DNA of 62,463 nucleotides, counting the filler, from Catajapyx aquilonaris (Eukaryota): NCBI GenBank assembly GCA_000934665.2. It is 4 parts of 4 records of this genome, joined end to end, with 100 filler letters (N's around TTAATTAATTAA, not from the genome) between each part and the next. Parts side by side here need not be neighbours in the genome. Positions count along the whole stretch, not along the records: positions 15,551 to 31,348 come from JYFJ02007492.1; positions 31,449 to 46,922 come from KZ539692.1; 2 more parts are not named here. The stretch is one strand, 5' to 3'. The notes below the pieces were generated by a model, which ran no database searches, was not told the DNA's origin, and saw nothing but the letters and a program-made list of their open reading frames with translations. Made by a program: the position numbers and the translations under genes. Positions 24,992-37,346 of this stretch are shown piece after piece; the first letter of the stretch is position 1, and each line of letters starts with the position of its first letter.

Positions 24992-25560
24992 GTCGAGAGA
25001 TGTGACTTACTTCGAAGAGGCTCTTCTTTCTGTACCTTTTCCATCACAAACTCCTTCGGATGAGCTGCAATATATGCATCAACCTTGTTCTTGAACATAT
25101 TGAGAAACTCCTGTATGCCCCCTGGCTCTCCTTTGGCCAGAATAGCCATTAGTCTCTCAGGAATTCGGAAGTTGAACTTGCTCAGAACCTACGGATGAGA
25201 GGGTCAAGGTACGTCCATATCTGCATGCCCTTATAATAAAGGAGAAGGCGACTGACGTGTGTGTTGAGGAACCTCCAGTTGGTCATCTTCCCTTCGATGC
25301 TGCTCCTGCTGTAATAATTGTTTAAATCTACTAATCTTGGGAAGATGGCGTGTATAAGTCGCGACACCAGGACTGTGGACAGAACATGCCATTGTTAAAC
25401 ACACACACAATAAAAACTAGAAATCATTGTTGAGCTCACCTGCATCTGAGAACTGCTTGGGAATGGTGCTGGGCCACCTTACCCTTCTGTCGTATTCTTC
25501 CAGCCATTGGTAAATGGGGTGTGACACACTCTTGGTTTGGTTCCGTTTACAACCATGCAT
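24397..25560 (-). CDS. SPEF1: Second SPEF1-like CH-domain paralog, 5 exons
   Basis: Exons 25560-25440, 25372-25257, 25188-25011, 24933-24728, 24663-24397. Intron phases (1,0,1,0) are the same as in the neighbour. KQFSDAVLVSRLIHAIFPRLVDLNNYYSRSSIEGKMTNWRFLNTHVLSKF, then an acidic linker and a coiled-coil-like C-terminus. Confidence 0.85.
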
Positions 25561-25998
25561 AGTTGTTAGTATTATAGATATGAGTCGTGTGTTCTGAAGG
25601 AACTACTTGCTCTTGTTCCGACAGATTTCTTTTTTTGCTTGTTTAGTCGGTTTCCAGGGTATTTCTCTCTCCTGTTGGGAACCTTGAAAGCGACAGTTTC
25701 CTATCACCTGCAACTATTTTTCAAAAGCACAGGTTGGCCCAAAGTGATTTAGTTGGATCCGCTAATGATATCTAAGTATATTTTGTCATGATTCATGCGT
25801 GTCCCATTGTCTCTGCTCAACGTCACTTGTATTATAATATTGATTCTATCTATAGTTTGATCTACTATAGCATACCAACCAAGAAACTGCCCCTGTTGTT
25901 CTCCATAATGTCTCACTTGCTACAGGTTGTGGGTGGGTGAATGACAGAACTTTGAAGACAACAGTGCAAACAGTGCGACATCAAGATCGACAGCCGAG

Positions 25999-27176
25999 AT
26001 GGGGTATAATTTGTGCAACGTTGAGCTCAAGCTACTGTTGAACAAGTTCACTGGTCTGGTCCACCCTCACCTGGCCCTTGTCCTGTGCCTATTGGGCTCT
26101 GTGTCCAACATCCTCTGCATTGTTGTCCTGTCCAAGAAGAGGATGGTGTCCCCCACCAGCACCATCCTGGTGGGACTGGCCGTGTCGGACCTTCTGGTGC
26201 TTCTGGCCTACATGTGCTTCGCAATCATGCAGGAGATGTACGGGGACAAGGCAGAGTACGGACTGCAGGGGACGTCCAAACACTTCTTTCTGGCCGAGTA
26301 TTATCTGCTGGCCAGCGCAATTTTCAACAAGGTACGGCTTTGTCTATGAAAATAAATTAAGATGTGGTGTAAGGGCGATAATTGATGCATTTCATCATCC
26401 CAGGAGATGCACGCTGTGACCATCTGGCTCAACGTGACTTTGGCTCTATGGCGATACTTGGTGATGTGTTGGCCCACAGGAGCAAAGATTGGTGCAGCCA
26501 GACCAGGGCCAAAGGGACGGTGGTCAGCGTGTACGTCGCTGTGGCCATCCTCCACACTCCTTACTACTACGTGTACGATGTAAAACCTCGCGGGTCATAC
26601 TACGAAGTGTCCTTCACAAACGAGAAGTTACGCGATGCCACGAATGTATTCAACCCAAGTGTTTCGGCCACTTACTGGATCTCTGCCGTATTCGTGAAGC
26701 TGATCCCTTGCTTGTTGCTGTCCATCTTGACCCTGAGGCTGGTCTGGGTATTGATCAAAGGCAAGAGAATGAGAAAGTGCATACGAAACAATTTAAGCTG
26801 CTCATCAATCGAAACAATAATGAGATGTTCTGAAGTGGACCGCAACATGGACAGGACGACAAGGATGATGATCGCGGTCCTCTTTGTCTTTTTGGTCACG
26901 GAGATTCCAGGAGGAATTGCGGCTCTTCTTGTCGTAATTAGGGGGTACGCATACTTTAATGATTGCATCTACTACATGGAAAGTTTTCTGGATGTGATAG
27001 TGCTGTTGAGCAGCGCAATAAACTTCGTTCTGTACTGCGGGATGAGCAAGGAATTCAGGGAGACGTTCAGAGAAGTGTTTGTTCCAAAAGGAATGTATTG
27101 CAAGAAGTGTTTTTCCTGGATCAGAACAAGGCTGACTCTTGCGAAATATGATAATAGTACAGGAAGTACAGACTAG
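25999..27176 (+). pseudogene. Myosuppressin-receptor-like class A GPCR, copy 1 (frameshifted)
   Basis: Exons 25999-26331 and 26404 onward. Relative to copy 2 there is a 1-nt deletion at ~26473 (TGGCCCACAGG vs TGGCCTTACAGG) just after WRY, and a TCG>TAG stop at 27174-27176 that truncates the tail. Confidence 0.82.
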
Positions 27177-28919
27177 CCTTCCAGTTTACCAGACGTGAAC
27201 ACCATTTCGTGTAGTGTTTCTAACAGCGTGTCCGTCAGTGAACACGGAAGAGGCGACCGCTCCAAAAACTATCTGGGTGACATAGGCGAATCTGGAGTGT
27301 AGTTGCCAGGTTAGTGTTTCGGAAAATTCGTCGCTGGTTATTATACCTCACAGGCAGGACTATCGTGTTGTGTAACATGTGTAACACCTACGAGTAACCT
27401 TGGCCCAACCTTGGCCAGACACGAATAATAACATTATCATCTGCATATCAACTGTGATCTGTGCAGAATGCAACAACAATGACATGCATTCCTTGCTTAT
27501 TCTGTGCCAGATACAATGAATCTGACACAATTTTCATTGCATTGAATACCGTGATTACACTATGCTACAAAATGTGACTTTTTTTTGTCCATGGAAATTC
27601 ATCGTCGTATTCGTGCTCCTTAGGCCACAAGTAACTCATAATGGGCATTCATTTTGTCTTTGGTTTGTTTTTGACCTTGGGCAGTCGAAATACCAAAGTC
27701 CTCAAATATAGCAGTTTTTTCCCAATCAAGTGGACCTAAATGCTGCAAGACCATCTCAGATTTGTCTGAAAATAATCACAGCTGTAGAGTACGCGGGGAC
27801 AAGGGAGAGTTCGGACTCCACAAAAGAGCCCTAATCAAATGCAATGTGATTATAGTTCCATTCAATTAATGTCAGGTATTAATATTAATAATTTGAATTT
27901 TCTGAACAGTGGGATATAATAAGAACGCGATAGTTCGCTTAAAAAGCCCATGCAATAGCAAAATAAGTGAATATGATAGGAGAAACCCCCATTCAATTCC
28001 ACTGTGAAAGTTATGATGACAAAACTGAAGGAGCTGGATTATATACAGCATTTGAGTTACACCTTATGTTTTGGGATATAAATAAATTGAGACATCATCA
28101 CCATGGTATTGCAGAGTTTATGTGGATTATTTCTCTCTCTCCCCCTCCCCCTCCTCCATTTCCAGCTCCTTTACAACACTAGTCACAATAAGTCAGGCAA
28201 TGGCGAAATCACTTCCCACTATTAGATCAGTTGTAATTTGAGACCGATATATATGAATGCCATAAATTTTTTCGGTCAAACACGGTACTACACGATGAGC
28301 AAGGCGTTCAGGGACACTACCAGATAATGGTTTGTTCTCAAGCAAGAGTATTGAAGTGTTTATCCCGCATAAAAGAAGGAGGCTGAATCGTGCAGCAGAG
28401 GTCGATGGCACTGGAAGTGCACACGCTCCTTCCGTTTCGAGTCACGTGATCGCAATTTCGTGTCTTCATTGTGACAGCGAGATCTGCCGTGAACACGAAA
28501 GAGGAGACTGCTCCGAATATCATCGTGGTGGTATTGGTGAATCTGAAGTGTATAGTTTCCAGGTTAGTACTTTCAGAGAATAATCATCATTACCACCATC
28601 ATGCCATGCCGGTCAGAAAAACCCTTTTTCAAAAGCACAGTACTTGTTGGCCCAAAGTGATTTAGTTGTATCTGCTATGATATCAAAGTATATTTTATCG
28701 TGATTCATGCGTGTCCCATTGTCTCTGCTCAACGTCACTTGTATTATAATGATACTATCTATAGCTGATCTATAGTTTGATCTATAGCATATCAACCAAG
28801 CAACTGCACCTGTTGTTCTGCAGCATGTCTCACTTGCTACAGGTTGTAGCTGGGTGAAAGGCCGAACTTTGAAGACAACAGTGCAAAGCGTGGGCCATCA
28901 AGACGTACGTACAGTCCAG

Positions 28920-30241
28920 ATGGGGTATAATTTGTGCAACGTTGAGCTCAAGCTAATGATGAACAAGTTCACGGGACGCGTCCACCCTCACCTGGCCCTT
29001 GTCATGTGCATATTGGGCTCTGTGTCCAACGTCCTCTGCATCGTCGTCCTGTCCAAGAAGAGGATGGTGTCCCCCACCAGCACCATCCTGGTGGGACTGG
29101 CCGTGTCGGACCTTCTGGTGCTGATGGCCTACATGTCCTTTGTCATCATCCAGGAGATGTACGGGGACAAGGCAGAGTTCGGACTGCAGGGGACGTCCAA
29201 GTACTTCTCACTGGCCGAATATAATATGCTGGCCAACTCAATTTTCAAAAAGGTAATGCATTGTCTATTTGTCTTTAAAAATTAAATTAAATGAAGATGT
29301 GGTGTATGGGCGATAATTTATGCATTTCATCATCCCAGTTGATGCACGGCGTGACCGTCTGGCTCAACGTGACTTTGGCTCTATGGCGATACCTAGTCGT
29401 GTGTTGGCCTTACAGGAGCATAGATTGGTGCACCCAGAGGAGGGCCAAGTGGACAGTGGTCAGCGTGTACGTCGCTGTGGCCATCCTGCATACTCCTTAC
29501 TACTACGCTTACCAAGTGCTACCTCGCGGGTCATACTACGAAGTGTACTTCACAAGCGAGAAGTTCAGCGATGCCACGGATGTGTTCAAACCAAATGCTT
29601 CGGCCATTTTCTGGACCTCGGGCATCTTCGTCAAGCTGATTCCTTGCCTGCTGCTGTCCATCTTAACCCTGAGGCTGGTCTGGGTATTGGTCGAAGGCAA
29701 GAGAAGGAGAAAGTACATCCGGAACAACTTAGGGTGCTCAATAATCGAAGCAACTAGGAATTGTTCCGAAGTGGACCGCAACATGGACAGGACGACAAGG
29801 ATGATGATTGCGGTCCTCTTTGTCTCTTTGGTCACGGAGATTCCAGGAGGAATTGTGGATCTTCTTGTCGTAATTAGGGGGTTTGCTTTCTTTAATGATT
29901 GCACTTACTACATGGGCAGATTGATGGATACGATAGTGCTGTTGAGCAGCGCAATAAACTTCGTCCTGTACTGCGGGATGAGCAAGGAATTCAGGGAGAC
30001 ATTCAGAGAAGTGTTTGTTCCAAAAGGAATGTATTGCAAGAAGTGTTTTTCCTGGATCAGAACGAGGCTGACTCTTGCGAAATATGATAATAGTACAGTA
30101 GGAAGAACAGACTCGCCCTCCAGTTTACCAGACGTGAACACCATTTCGTGTAGTGTGTATAACAGCGTGTCCGTCAGTGAACAAGGCAGAGGCGACCGCT
30201 CCAAAAACTATCTGGGTGTCATAGGCGAATCTGGAGTGTAG
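28920..30241 (+). CDS. Myosuppressin-receptor-like (DMSR / FMRFamide-receptor group) class A GPCR, copy 2, intact, 411 aa
   Basis: Exons 28920-29252 and 29339-30241 (phase 0). Motifs GSVSN (TM1), SPTSTILVGLAVSDLLVL (TM2), WLNVTLALWRY (TM3), KLIPCLLLSILTLRL (TM5), DRTTRMMIAVL...EIPGGI (TM6) and SAINFVLYCGMSKEFRETF (TM7/H8) are characteristic of DMSR-type receptors. Confidence 0.9.
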
Positions 30242-31073
30242 TTGCCAGGTTAGTGATTCGGAAAATTCGGCGCTGGTTATTACGTATATTGGTATATACC
30301 TCAGAGGCAGGACTATATCATGTTGTGTAACCTTGGCCCAACCTTGGCCAGACGCGAATAATAACATTAGCATCTGCATATCAACTGTGACATGTGCAGA
30401 ATGTGACATCATGGCATACATTATCCTTGCTTATTCTGTGCCCCATAGCCTACAATATATCAGGGTTTTAATTATTGAATCTGACTCAATGTTCATTGCA
30501 ATGATTATTACCGTGATAATCACGTAGTACGTACTAATCTTCACGCATAGGTGGCGAATCTCTCTTTTGCACACTCCTGCCACCCTCAGGTCGTGCGAGA
30601 GATACTGGCACTATCAGGTCGGACAAACATCAGATGGAAATATGTACCGGCAGTTTTAATTTTACATGCATGATATTTACAGTGGAAGATCTTAATTACA
30701 ACTGTATGTAGTACCTAGTACGTAGTACTTACGTATACTTCGGTCACAGGTCAGGTGGGGAAATCACTTCCCACTATTAGATCCGTTTTAATTTGAGACC
30801 GGAATGCCTTAGATACTAACTGCATTGTTGGGAAAGTCGGCAAACGTATGTTGCCTAATGACGTTCAGAGGCGGGATGATTATAAGGTTAGTCCCATCGT
30901 AGCTCATTGTCGCTTGTCTGATATTGAGAATATTATAGCTTGACAGCCAAATGTACTACCTGTTGTTGTGCGGTATATTCAGGGCTGTTTTATGTCATTA
31001 CTCACTCGTTACAGGTTGGAGGTTGGTGAAACATCATCGTGTTGCCTACACAGTGTGTGATGCATCAGCCAAG

Positions 31074-31348
31074 ATGGGGTACTGTAGCGGTAGCTTCAAG
31101 CCAAGCTTCAAACTCCTGATGAACAGGTTCACTGGTCTGGTCCACCCTCACCTGGCGCTTGTCCTGTGCAGTGTCCAACGTCCTCTGCATCGTCGTCCTG
31201 TCCAAGAAGATGATGGTGTCCCCCACCAGCACCATCCTGGTGGGACTGGCCGTGTCGGACCTCCTGGTGCTGATGGCCTACATGTGCATCGCCACCAAGC
31301 ATCAGATGGTCGGGGACCAGTTCGAGTTCGGACTACAGGGGACGTCCA
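31074..31348 (+). pseudogene. Myosuppressin-receptor-like GPCR, copy 3 (5' part, frameshifted, cut by gap)
   Basis: Homologous first coding exon, with an 11-nt deletion (TATTGGGCTCT) at ~31170 relative to copy 2. Runs into the N spacer. Confidence 0.82.
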
Positions 31349-31472
31349 NNNNNNNNNNNNNNNNNNNNNNNNNNNNNNNNNNNNNNNNNNNNTTAATTAA
31401 TTAANNNNNNNNNNNNNNNNNNNNNNNNNNNNNNNNNNNNNNNNNNNNTGTTGTTTTGAATTTCCCCTTTCG

Positions 31473-31545
<73 letters not shown>
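31473..31545. repeat. (TTA)n microsatellite
   Basis: Pure trinucleotide run. Similar runs occur at 24940-24991 (SPEF1 intron) and 56662-56716 (SINE tail). Confidence 0.95.
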
Positions 31546-31546
<1 letters not shown>

Positions 31547-32035
31547 ATTCCGCTTGAACCCGTCTGGATCAGGGCGCAAGCTACACAGATACAAGATAGT
31601 TTCCAGTGACATTCCCTATTAAACGGCATCCTTCACACTTGGAACATCCTGAATATGATTGGCTTTAAATATCATTTTCTTCGCTTTGGATATGTTTATG
31701 AATACTGACAGTCAGTTTGGTCTGATCCACAGGCACATAATTATCTGCTCTGAACTTAACACGGGCATGTGATCGGAATAAATCAGTATAATCTACCAGT
31801 AGCAGCAAAATAAATAGCATTTTTATGCATCATATCATATACTTTAATTTCTGGACACACATTGCCTTGCACTTTTGAGATAGCTAGGTTACAAAGACAG
31901 ATAAGGTGGCCCGTGCTCGAGAAGGGTAGATAAGGGAGGAGGAAAAAAAACCCAGCAGATAAGCACGGACGTACACACACGTGTGTGTGTACACACCTGT
32001 GCAATGGATTGCCTAGCCACCAGGATGAACGAAGA

Positions 32036-32789
32036 ATCTTGCGGACATTCTTTGTGCGGTTCATAGTACATAGGATGTTGGAGAGCAGACAGACAGCCTG
32101 AGGAAGATGTTCCAGAGCAACCAGATGAACAACAGGTCAAGGGAAAGCTGCCTGAACCTGAGACAGTTGAGACTGGTGAAGCCTGCATCGGCTGCATGGA
32201 TGGGCATGTGATGGACACACTGGTAATTCACCACCCGTCTGTACACTATGATAAACATCCATTCTAATAGGTGAATTCGTTTATGGCTGAGTGTAGCACT
32301 GGAGTGTAGCTCTAGCGCAGCCTGGTCACGTGTGTGAAACGTCACAGTGGAAGAGGAGCTACACCCACTGCTACACCGCTTGCACCCTCCCGAATGAGCG
32401 TGCAGGCCGGAGCTACTCTCGCGCTACACCCGACCCTTGCTCTGGGATAAACGAATGCAGTGCTACACCAAGCCCCGCCCCTTTAGAGCAGCCCTCGTCA
32501 TAAACGAATGCAGAACTCTGGCCGGAGCTACAATATTGCTACACTATTGCTACACTCAGCCATAAACGAATTCACCTAATGTGATCCCTGTGTAAAGACT
32601 TTTACCCGCAATGAGAACTATAACACTCATTTGCAAATGCACACAGGTGAGTGCCCGTTCCCATGTGAACTGTGTGGCGTCCGATTTTCACAGCGATCCA
32701 ACCTGAGATCACACAAGCGTGCCGTGCACTATGGCGACCGGCGTCAGCGGTGTGAGGCTTGCAATGTTGGTTTCAAGAGACGGCGCCTG
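32036..32789 (+). pseudogene. C2H2 zinc-finger pseudogene disrupted by MITEs
   Basis: Removing the 32269-32577 insertion gives VHYDKHPF*CDPCVKTFTRNENYNTHLQMHTGECPFPCELCGVRFSQRSNLRSHKRAVHYGDRRQRCEACNVGFKRRRL, which is cut by the next MITE. Confidence 0.8.
32269..32577. mobile_element. MITE with 3-bp AAT target-site duplication (PIF/Harbinger-like)
   Basis: 30-bp TIR AGGTGAATTCGTTTATGGCTGAGTGTAGCA, AAT on both flanks, internal GCTACAC repeats. Confidence 0.85.
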
Positions 32790-32791
32790 TA

Positions 32792-32950
32792 CACTGTTGG
32801 ACATTAATCCTGTCGTACTGCTAGCAACATTTTCCGAAGGGGTAGATGAAGGCATCTACTCGCAAGGCTTTTTCTCCATTGCTTCGATTCATTTTTTCTG
32901 CCGCTTCGGGAATGTTGCTAGCAGTACAACGCGATTAATGTTCAACACTG
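32792..32950. mobile_element. Tc1/mariner-type MITE
   Basis: ~55-bp imperfect TIRs (CACTGTTGGACATTAATC... / ...GATTAATGTTCAACACTG) flanked by TA on both sides. Confidence 0.8.
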
Positions 32951-32954
32951 TACT

Positions 32955-33471
32955 ATCACTTAAATTATCTGGATACGTTTCCTCGCACTGGTTCCTTCAT
33001 TTATGTTAACAAAATAATCAAAATCGCAAGGGGTCATGTCTGGAGAGTAGGGAGGGTGCTGCAGTGTTTCCCATTGCCAAGGAAGCAATAATTCTGTCAC
33101 TGCACCTGCGACATGGCAAAACGATATAGGGCTGGTGTTCAAGAAATTGCGGTCGCTTGTGTCGTATCACTGGTATGTCTCATACGGTGTTCCAAGTCGC
33201 AGTAGTACTGAGCATTGTCATACCCTCTCGTCTCCTTGATCTTCAACCAAAAGCGCTGTTCTAACTTCAATGGCATGGCTTTGGTTGGTGCACGAGGATG
33301 CTGCCCCTTTGAACTACCCTGTCACCGTCACCAGTAGCACAATCTATCAGGTCCAAACTTGACATGAACAAACCCCACATCTGCCTGGCTCTCCCTTCTT
33401 GCGCAGAAGCCACAACCCAGTTTCTGTGCGCAAGGATAACAGGGTTGCCACTATTTTAAATCAAACCCTCA
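32955..33471 (-). mobile_element. Internally deleted mariner element
   Basis: WETLQHPPYSPDMTPCDFDYF (mariner YSPDL motif), N-terminus MPLKLEQRFWLKI, and a TIR-like end TA-TGAGGGTTTGATTTAAAATAGTGGCAAC. Confidence 0.85.
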
Positions 33472-34909
33472 TAGATATCATGAGAACCTCGCTCAAGTCC
33501 CGTAGCCTGTTTTAAATTGGAAATCTTTCCTTCCAGGTTGAGCAGAAATCAACCACTGAGGGTCTAACTGTGGTGGAAGATGACTCGGAGGATGAGGCAT
33601 GGTTGGTCATAGCTGAGAGGCCGCAGCTGGAGGCCATGGAGGAAGTGGGAGAGGTGTCCCCATGGATGGAATTGCTGGGGGGCCAGAAGTTGAAGTTATA
33701 ATGAAGAAGGGTGGGATAAAGTACGAAGAAGACAATGTTGGAGTGAAAGCAGAAGGATGAGAGAGGAGCTGGAGTGATGGAGAAGCACTGCTTCCTCAAT
33801 GCCCTCCTTTAAGGGGGGCATCTAGAGAATCCAGACTTCTGAGAGTTCCAAGTCTGGCCGAAAGGGGAGACACTCGATCCACCCTCCCTACACAAAAGAA
33901 GGGTCGCGTTTGCGGTTGACCATTCCCTCGGGGCACAATAAAAACCATGCAAATTAGGGCTCTCCCAACTGATAGTAGTTCTCAAATCAGTCAAATTTTG
34001 ATTAAATTATTACTTGGCGAAAGGTTATAGCTAAATATAAAAATCGGCTTCAGGGTCCGGAGCACCTCATTTTTCCGCATTTTTCGGTGCTTGTTATTTT
34101 ACGACGGCGTAAATTACTCCTGAATGCAAATGACTTTTTAAAATACTACATTAAGAATATGGGAAAAGTACAGCACACATGTGTAAGAGAGCGGTCAGTT
34201 ACACTTACACACACAAAAAAAAATCAGTTCTGCTGTTAGCTGGCGAGAACTTTACTCNNNNNNNNNNNNNNNNNNNNNNNNNNNNNNNNNNNNNNNNNNN
34301 NNNNNNNNTACCACCAAGCAGTGGAAATTGATGGTGGCACACATTTTGTTTTGATTGTTGAAAAGTACCCACATATTCTTGATTCTACTGTATGTTGAGA
34401 GTTAATAAAATGTCATTCAGTTGGATCTGTATCAGAGTATCACTCCTCAACATGCACTGCTCCAGAAACTGGTGCAGCATCAGTTCTGCAATGTAAATGA
34501 AAAATGGTGGCATCTACACTCTCGAGTTGTGTCTAAAGGAATGCTCACCAACTTGTTAGTCCCACCATGCTCTCATGTCCTCCATACTGCCCTGAAGTAG
34601 GCCTACATTGCATGATGATTCCGGAGTTCGCAGTCCAGCACCAGATGGCGTGCAGAACTGGTTCATCATGAGCGCAACATGCACATTAGTGCTTGGCGGA
34701 TCGATGACTCACTAGGTGATGTTTTCTGCAAACATTTTGGCAAAATTAGCACTAGAAATGGTATTATGTCATTTTCACCTTATATCAAATGTGCAGGAAT
34801 ATTATTCCACAAGACCAGAAGAAAAGCTGACAATAAAATCTGCCAAGTAACTATAAAAATTTATATCTCGCTGTACTAACTGTAGCACTAGCTGCATTAA
34901 TGGATTAAA

Positions 34910-36887
34910 CACTTGAGAGGTCAATAAGCTGCTGGACTATGCAAAACTTCACAGAATCAGGTCAAGGACAGTTTTCAGAGCCTCCTGCAAACACTTCTCA
35001 CCGCCTGCTCACTCTCCCCGACATTTACCCAGGAGGTCGGATGCCGTCACAGATATGACATTGAGGCCTGATTGTGTGGCCACCGCTTTGGTGGCCAGTG
35101 TCTTCGAGCAGCCTGGAGGCCTGTACATTAGGAGACCAAGGCGGCCGGATTCCAAGGAGGTGAAGGACTGGTGGTTGAGCAACAGCAAGACAATGCACTG
35201 GTTCAGTCGCATCTTGATGTGTTCCTGCTAGCTGATATCTTCCCACCTAACCGGTACAGAAATATTGTAATGCAAACCTCTGACATTCGGGCGCAACTTA
35301 CATCGGGGACATGGAGTGAAATGTGCTTCATGGCCAATGGCTGCACGACTCTCAGAGCCCATCACAGGTCATGGCTGCTCATCTCCTGGCCATGGTTTCT
35401 CCATGGCCATGGCATGCTCCACAAGTGCCAGAAAGTCAGCTGCCACAAGCCCATGAGCCTGCATGCCACTTCTTCAACAGCAATGGCTCCTGCTTTCAAG
35501 CTGTCATCACCCAGAATGGCTGTTAGAATCTATGCCTGCTGCTCACGCCTGTGTGGACACAGCCCAGTCTGCCTTTCCAGCTGGCCGGCCCTGAGCACAT
35601 CAAGGTCCACGGAATCAGGAAAAGCCGCTGTTGACATGATCAGCACCGGGCGACCACAGCAGGAGATTCTGACCAAGCAAAGCTGAAGTGATGCGCAACT
35701 GGTGATGGCTTGTCCAGTCTGATCTGGTGGTGCGAGATCCTGAACACCTTCGATCAGCATAACACTCGGGCTGTCCTTAATCGCCACATCAAAGTGCCGT
35801 GTTAATGTTAATGGGGATTCAGTTTTCCCCACATATTTACTGAGCAGTTCAGAGGCCTTCAGTCTGAACTGTTTCACACCATGAGATGCCAGGTGATTCG
35901 CAGAAGCATGCTTCAGGGAAGTCTTTCCCACTCCAGGAGGACCGTAGATTAGTAATCCAGCCAGTAGTGACCAATTATTATTAGAACTAGTTGGTTGTCC
36001 AGTGTCTGCGAACATCATGAAAATTACATCTCGCAACACTTCCACCTGTGACTTCATGCCTGGGATATTATGTGAAAGACAAGTGAGGTTCAGCAGTGTC
36101 CGTAGATTTAGCCGACATCTCAAGCACTGTGTCCAGCACTAGTTGGTAGAATGTGTCTAATGTCATGCTCGATAACTGTTCCTTGACATAAGTACTATGC
36201 AGCTCTACGGGCGCAACTTCCAGTTGCATCTCATCACCATAGCAATTCAGATGAATTGTCTCACCTACACGCAAGTATACGTGTCCATGTATTCTCTTCT
36301 CATGCGCTTGACGAGCATCGGTGCATTACGTTGACACTTCTACCTCAGTGCCAAGCGCAACACGGTGGCTACAGGAGTAGCATTATCAAAAGCTTTAATT
36401 TGGATGTGCTTACCCACTTCGTAGGGGCCATCAATACATGTGGACTGCTATCAGCAATTATATCCACACATTGAAAACTTGCGTAAAATTTTTGTCAAGT
36501 GATATCCGAATCTTCCCCTGGAGGCGAGTGAAGGTTACATATGGTTGTGAGATGTTGCAGCACATACACCATAACTCCAGAAGGTGATATTAACAGCTGG
36601 TCGTATCATCCTGCAACAAGACTGAAGCAAATTTATTACTCAACAACTATTTTCCACATAATTACAGTTTTCAACATTAATCATGACCTTGCTTTTCAAC
36701 ATTCTCAACAGTCTCGTCATGATCAAGTCCAGTCTTGCACATGCATCAGTCATTCCTCTTCTTGGTTTCCCTTCGCTGTGCAACCTTCCTCTTGCAGAGA
36801 CAGATGGGTGTGATAGAAATGACATTTGCACTCAACGCAAGGCAACCAACTGACTGAATTCTTGCCTCGAGGTGACTTTCCGGGCAT
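34910..36887 (-). pseudogene. SPATA5: SPATA5/AFG2-like double-AAA ATPase unprocessed pseudogene
   Basis: N-terminus MPGKSPRGKNSVSWLPCVECKCH, D1 Walker A GLLIYGPPGVGKT, linker HVPD|VRWEDI, D2 GLLMYRPPGCSKT (GPPGCSKT is typical of AFG2/SPATA5). Many frameshifts and stops, retained introns (one with a mutated acceptor), and most of D2 deleted after GESEQAVR. Confidence 0.82.
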
Positions 36888-37346
36888 TGTTGACGTCAGC
36901 AGGGCTGCAACAATAAGTGACCCGTTTAGTAGCAAAAGTGCAGTCATCAGGAGTGATCCACCCGGCCGGGCGATGAATCAAGATCATGCGACAATGAGCA
37001 CGTTACTTCTAACATCCAAGCTCTATGCTTCTAATCCTTGCTTCTAATCACTTCTAATGAATGAGGCGAGGAATTAAAAATCATGCCTGTCCGTGATCAT
37101 GGCACGGGCGCGACAAAATATTCTGATACTGCTGACACCCTTCTGCTAAGTAACAGTACAGGTGCATCAAAACTCTACCGGCAATTAGGGACCCATGGGG
37201 CATATCTCCCGATATGTCCGTGGATATGACTGTGAGCCTGGTAGTACACACCTGGTATGCTCACTTTTGAGCTCCGGGATCTTTTGTCACTTCTTAACGT
37301 TATACCACGCTTCATACGGACAGGGCAGATGCGGGTGAGGGCCGAG

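Larger units (their letters stand above)
25716..30520 (+). repeat. Tandem duplication units (~2.9 kb period) carrying the GPCR
   Basis: Upstream flanks (from ~25716 and ~28624), introns and 3' flanks (to ~27560 and ~30520) align. GAAATCACTTCCCACTATTAGATC recurs at ~28205 and ~30760. Confidence 0.85.

Noticed and set aside
24856..25094. Poly-Ile and poly-Leu ORFs (also 31397-31612 and 56442-56801)
   Set aside because: These are translations of (ATT)n microsatellites in an intron, in intergenic DNA or in a SINE tail.
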